In this document: positions 62,807 to 64,000 of the stretch, piece after piece
Numbering within the stretch: position 1 is the stretch's first letter
Layout: every line of letters begins with the position of its first letter
NCBI GenBank assembly: GCA_963662545.2
Contig: CAXXLL010000003.1
Span: forward strand, 2,592,001 to 2,656,000
DNA length: 64,000 nucleotides
Reading direction: 5' to 3'
Origin: Gammaproteobacteria bacterium
GTDB taxonomy: Bacteria; Pseudomonadota; Gammaproteobacteria; Ga0077536
The notes under the pieces: model-generated
What the model saw: only the letters and a program-made list of their open reading frames with translations
What the model was told of the DNA's origin: nothing
The model's database searches: none
Made by a program: the position numbers and the translations under genes

Positions 62807-63651
62807 AAGTGAATCAGGCCACTTACCGGATCGCGCCGATGTGCCGGCTACTCGGTGTCTCCCCGAGTGGGTACTACGCGTATTGGACACGTGAACCCTC
62901 GGCGCGGTCGAAGCGTGACGCGCAACTCAAGGCACGTATCCAGGCCATCCACAGCTGGAGTCGAGGCACCTATGGGGCACCGCGTATTCACGCCGAACTC
63001 GCTGATGAGGGGACGCATGTGGGTCGCAAGCGTGTCGCCAGGCTGCTGCGCGAGTTAGGTTTGGCCGGGGTGAGTCGACGCAAAAGGACGCGCACGACAC
63101 GCCGCGATCACGATGCTCGCCCGGCGCCGGATCTGGTCGAGCGTCACTTTGTGGCTTCGCGGCCGGACGCACTGTGGGTTGCTGACGTGACCTACGTGCC
63201 GACGTGGGCGGGGTTCGTGTATCTGGCGGTTGTCGTTGATGCGTTCAGTCGGCGCGTTGTGGGCGGGTCGATGGCGACGCATCTGCGCACTGAACTCGTG
63301 CTCGAGGCGCTCAACATGGCACTGTGGCAGCGACGTCCAGCGTCGGTGATTCACCACTCCGACCAGGGCTGTCAGTACACCTCGTTCGCCTTTGGCAAAC
63401 GCTGCCGGCTGATGGGTGTACGACCGTCGATGGGATCGGTCGGCGATTGCTACGATAACGCGATGGCCGAGAGCTTCTTCGCGACGCTCGAATGTGAGCT
63501 GATCGACCGCCACAGTTTCAAGACGCAGGCCGAAGCGAAGATGGCGATTTTCGAGTTCATCGAAGGCTGGTACAACCCGCACCGTCGTCACTCATCCCTC
63601 GGTCAGCAATCACCGCTAAACTATGAAAATAATTATCAACAGGCTGCTTGA
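62803..63651 (+). CDS. IS3 transposase OrfB
   Basis: YGAPRI, WVADVTY, HHSDQG.QY, DNAMAESFF and YN..RRHSSL. Confidence 0.93.
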   Translation: MKVNQATYRIAPMCRLLGVSPSGYYAYWTREPSARSKRDAQLKARIQAIHSWSRGTYGAPRIHAELADEGTHVGRKRVARLLRELGLAGVSRRKRTRTTRRDHDARPAPDLVERHFVASRPDALWVADVTYVPTWAGFVYLAVVVDAFSRRVVGGSMATHLRTELVLEALNMALWQRRPASVIHHSDQGCQYTSFAFGKRCRLMGVRPSMGSVGDCYDNAMAESFFATLECELIDRHSFKTQAEAKMAIFEFIEGWYNPHRRHSSLGQQSPLNYENNYQQAA

Positions 63652-63692
63652 AACCCAAGCGCTATACCGTCCACGGAAACGGGGCAACTCCA

Positions 63693-64000
63693 GCTACGGA
63701 CGAGGAGACCCTCTGGTGGGAGGTCTGGTTGCCCGTGCGACGTGATCGAGCGGCGACCACGGGCCGATTCAAACAGCTGGCAGAAGGGCTAGGGTTCCAG
63801 CTTGCGCCCGGCGAGCTCCAGTTTCCGGAACGCACCGTGTTGCTCGCGTTTGGGTCGGCGGCCCAGATGAAGCAATCCGTCCTAACGTTGAACAGCATTG
63901 CGGAGTTGCGGCGTGCGAAAGAAACGGCAGAGTTCTTCGATGCGCTGCCGCCCGAGGAGCAACCTGCATGGCTCGACGACCTGCGCGCCCGTTTGACCGT
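63693..64000 (+). pseudogene. S8-family serine peptidase (IetS/Y4bN-like) fragment, 5' end truncated by IS3; runs off the window
   Basis: Hand translation: ATDEETLWWEVWLPVRR...LQFPERTVLL...LNSIAELRRAKETAEFF...EEQ.AWLDDL. The catalytic domain is not in the window. Confidence 0.7.

Larger units (their letters stand above)
62444..63692 (+). mobile_element. IS3-family element
   Basis: IRs TGGAGTTGACCCGTTTTCGTGGA and TCCACGGAAACGGGGCAACTCCA; no TSD. Confidence 0.93.

Overview
GC-rich (roughly 60%) bacterial DNA, probably from a Gammaproteobacterium (inferred from gene content). Bases 1-38,250 are mostly chromosomal genes for aromatic and amine catabolism and transport: CoA-transferase A, a VAO/PCMH-family flavoprotein with cytochrome c, 2-aminophenol 1,6-dioxygenase amnBA, amidohydrolase, TauE, ydbL/ydbH, GST, FMO, a cyclase-STAND protein, CaiB, a PLP decarboxylase, DUF47-PiT, RidA, a TPP enzyme and a DsbA-like isomerase. 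Two small inserts interrupt this half. One is a low-GC ORF bracketed by inverted repeats (3.35-3.94 kb). The other is a 7.4-kb islet with two PEP-CTERM-like surface proteins and a two-component system, bounded by a 103-bp duplication of the GST 5' end. From about 38,250 to the end is a decaying genomic island. It holds a phage-satellite-like integrase/excisionase/primase/ATPase module, a type I R-M remnant with an intact unknown gene between hsdS and hsdR, IS66 nested in IS6, a terminase fragment, and a complete IS1595 cargo transposon (24-bp perfect IRs, 8-bp TSD) carrying a DUF5678-like/retropepsin pair. It also holds two IS3-family elements, several pseudogenes and an IS-truncated IetS-like S8 peptidase. 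No rRNA, tRNA or CRISPR array was seen. All family calls come from motif recognition, not database searches.
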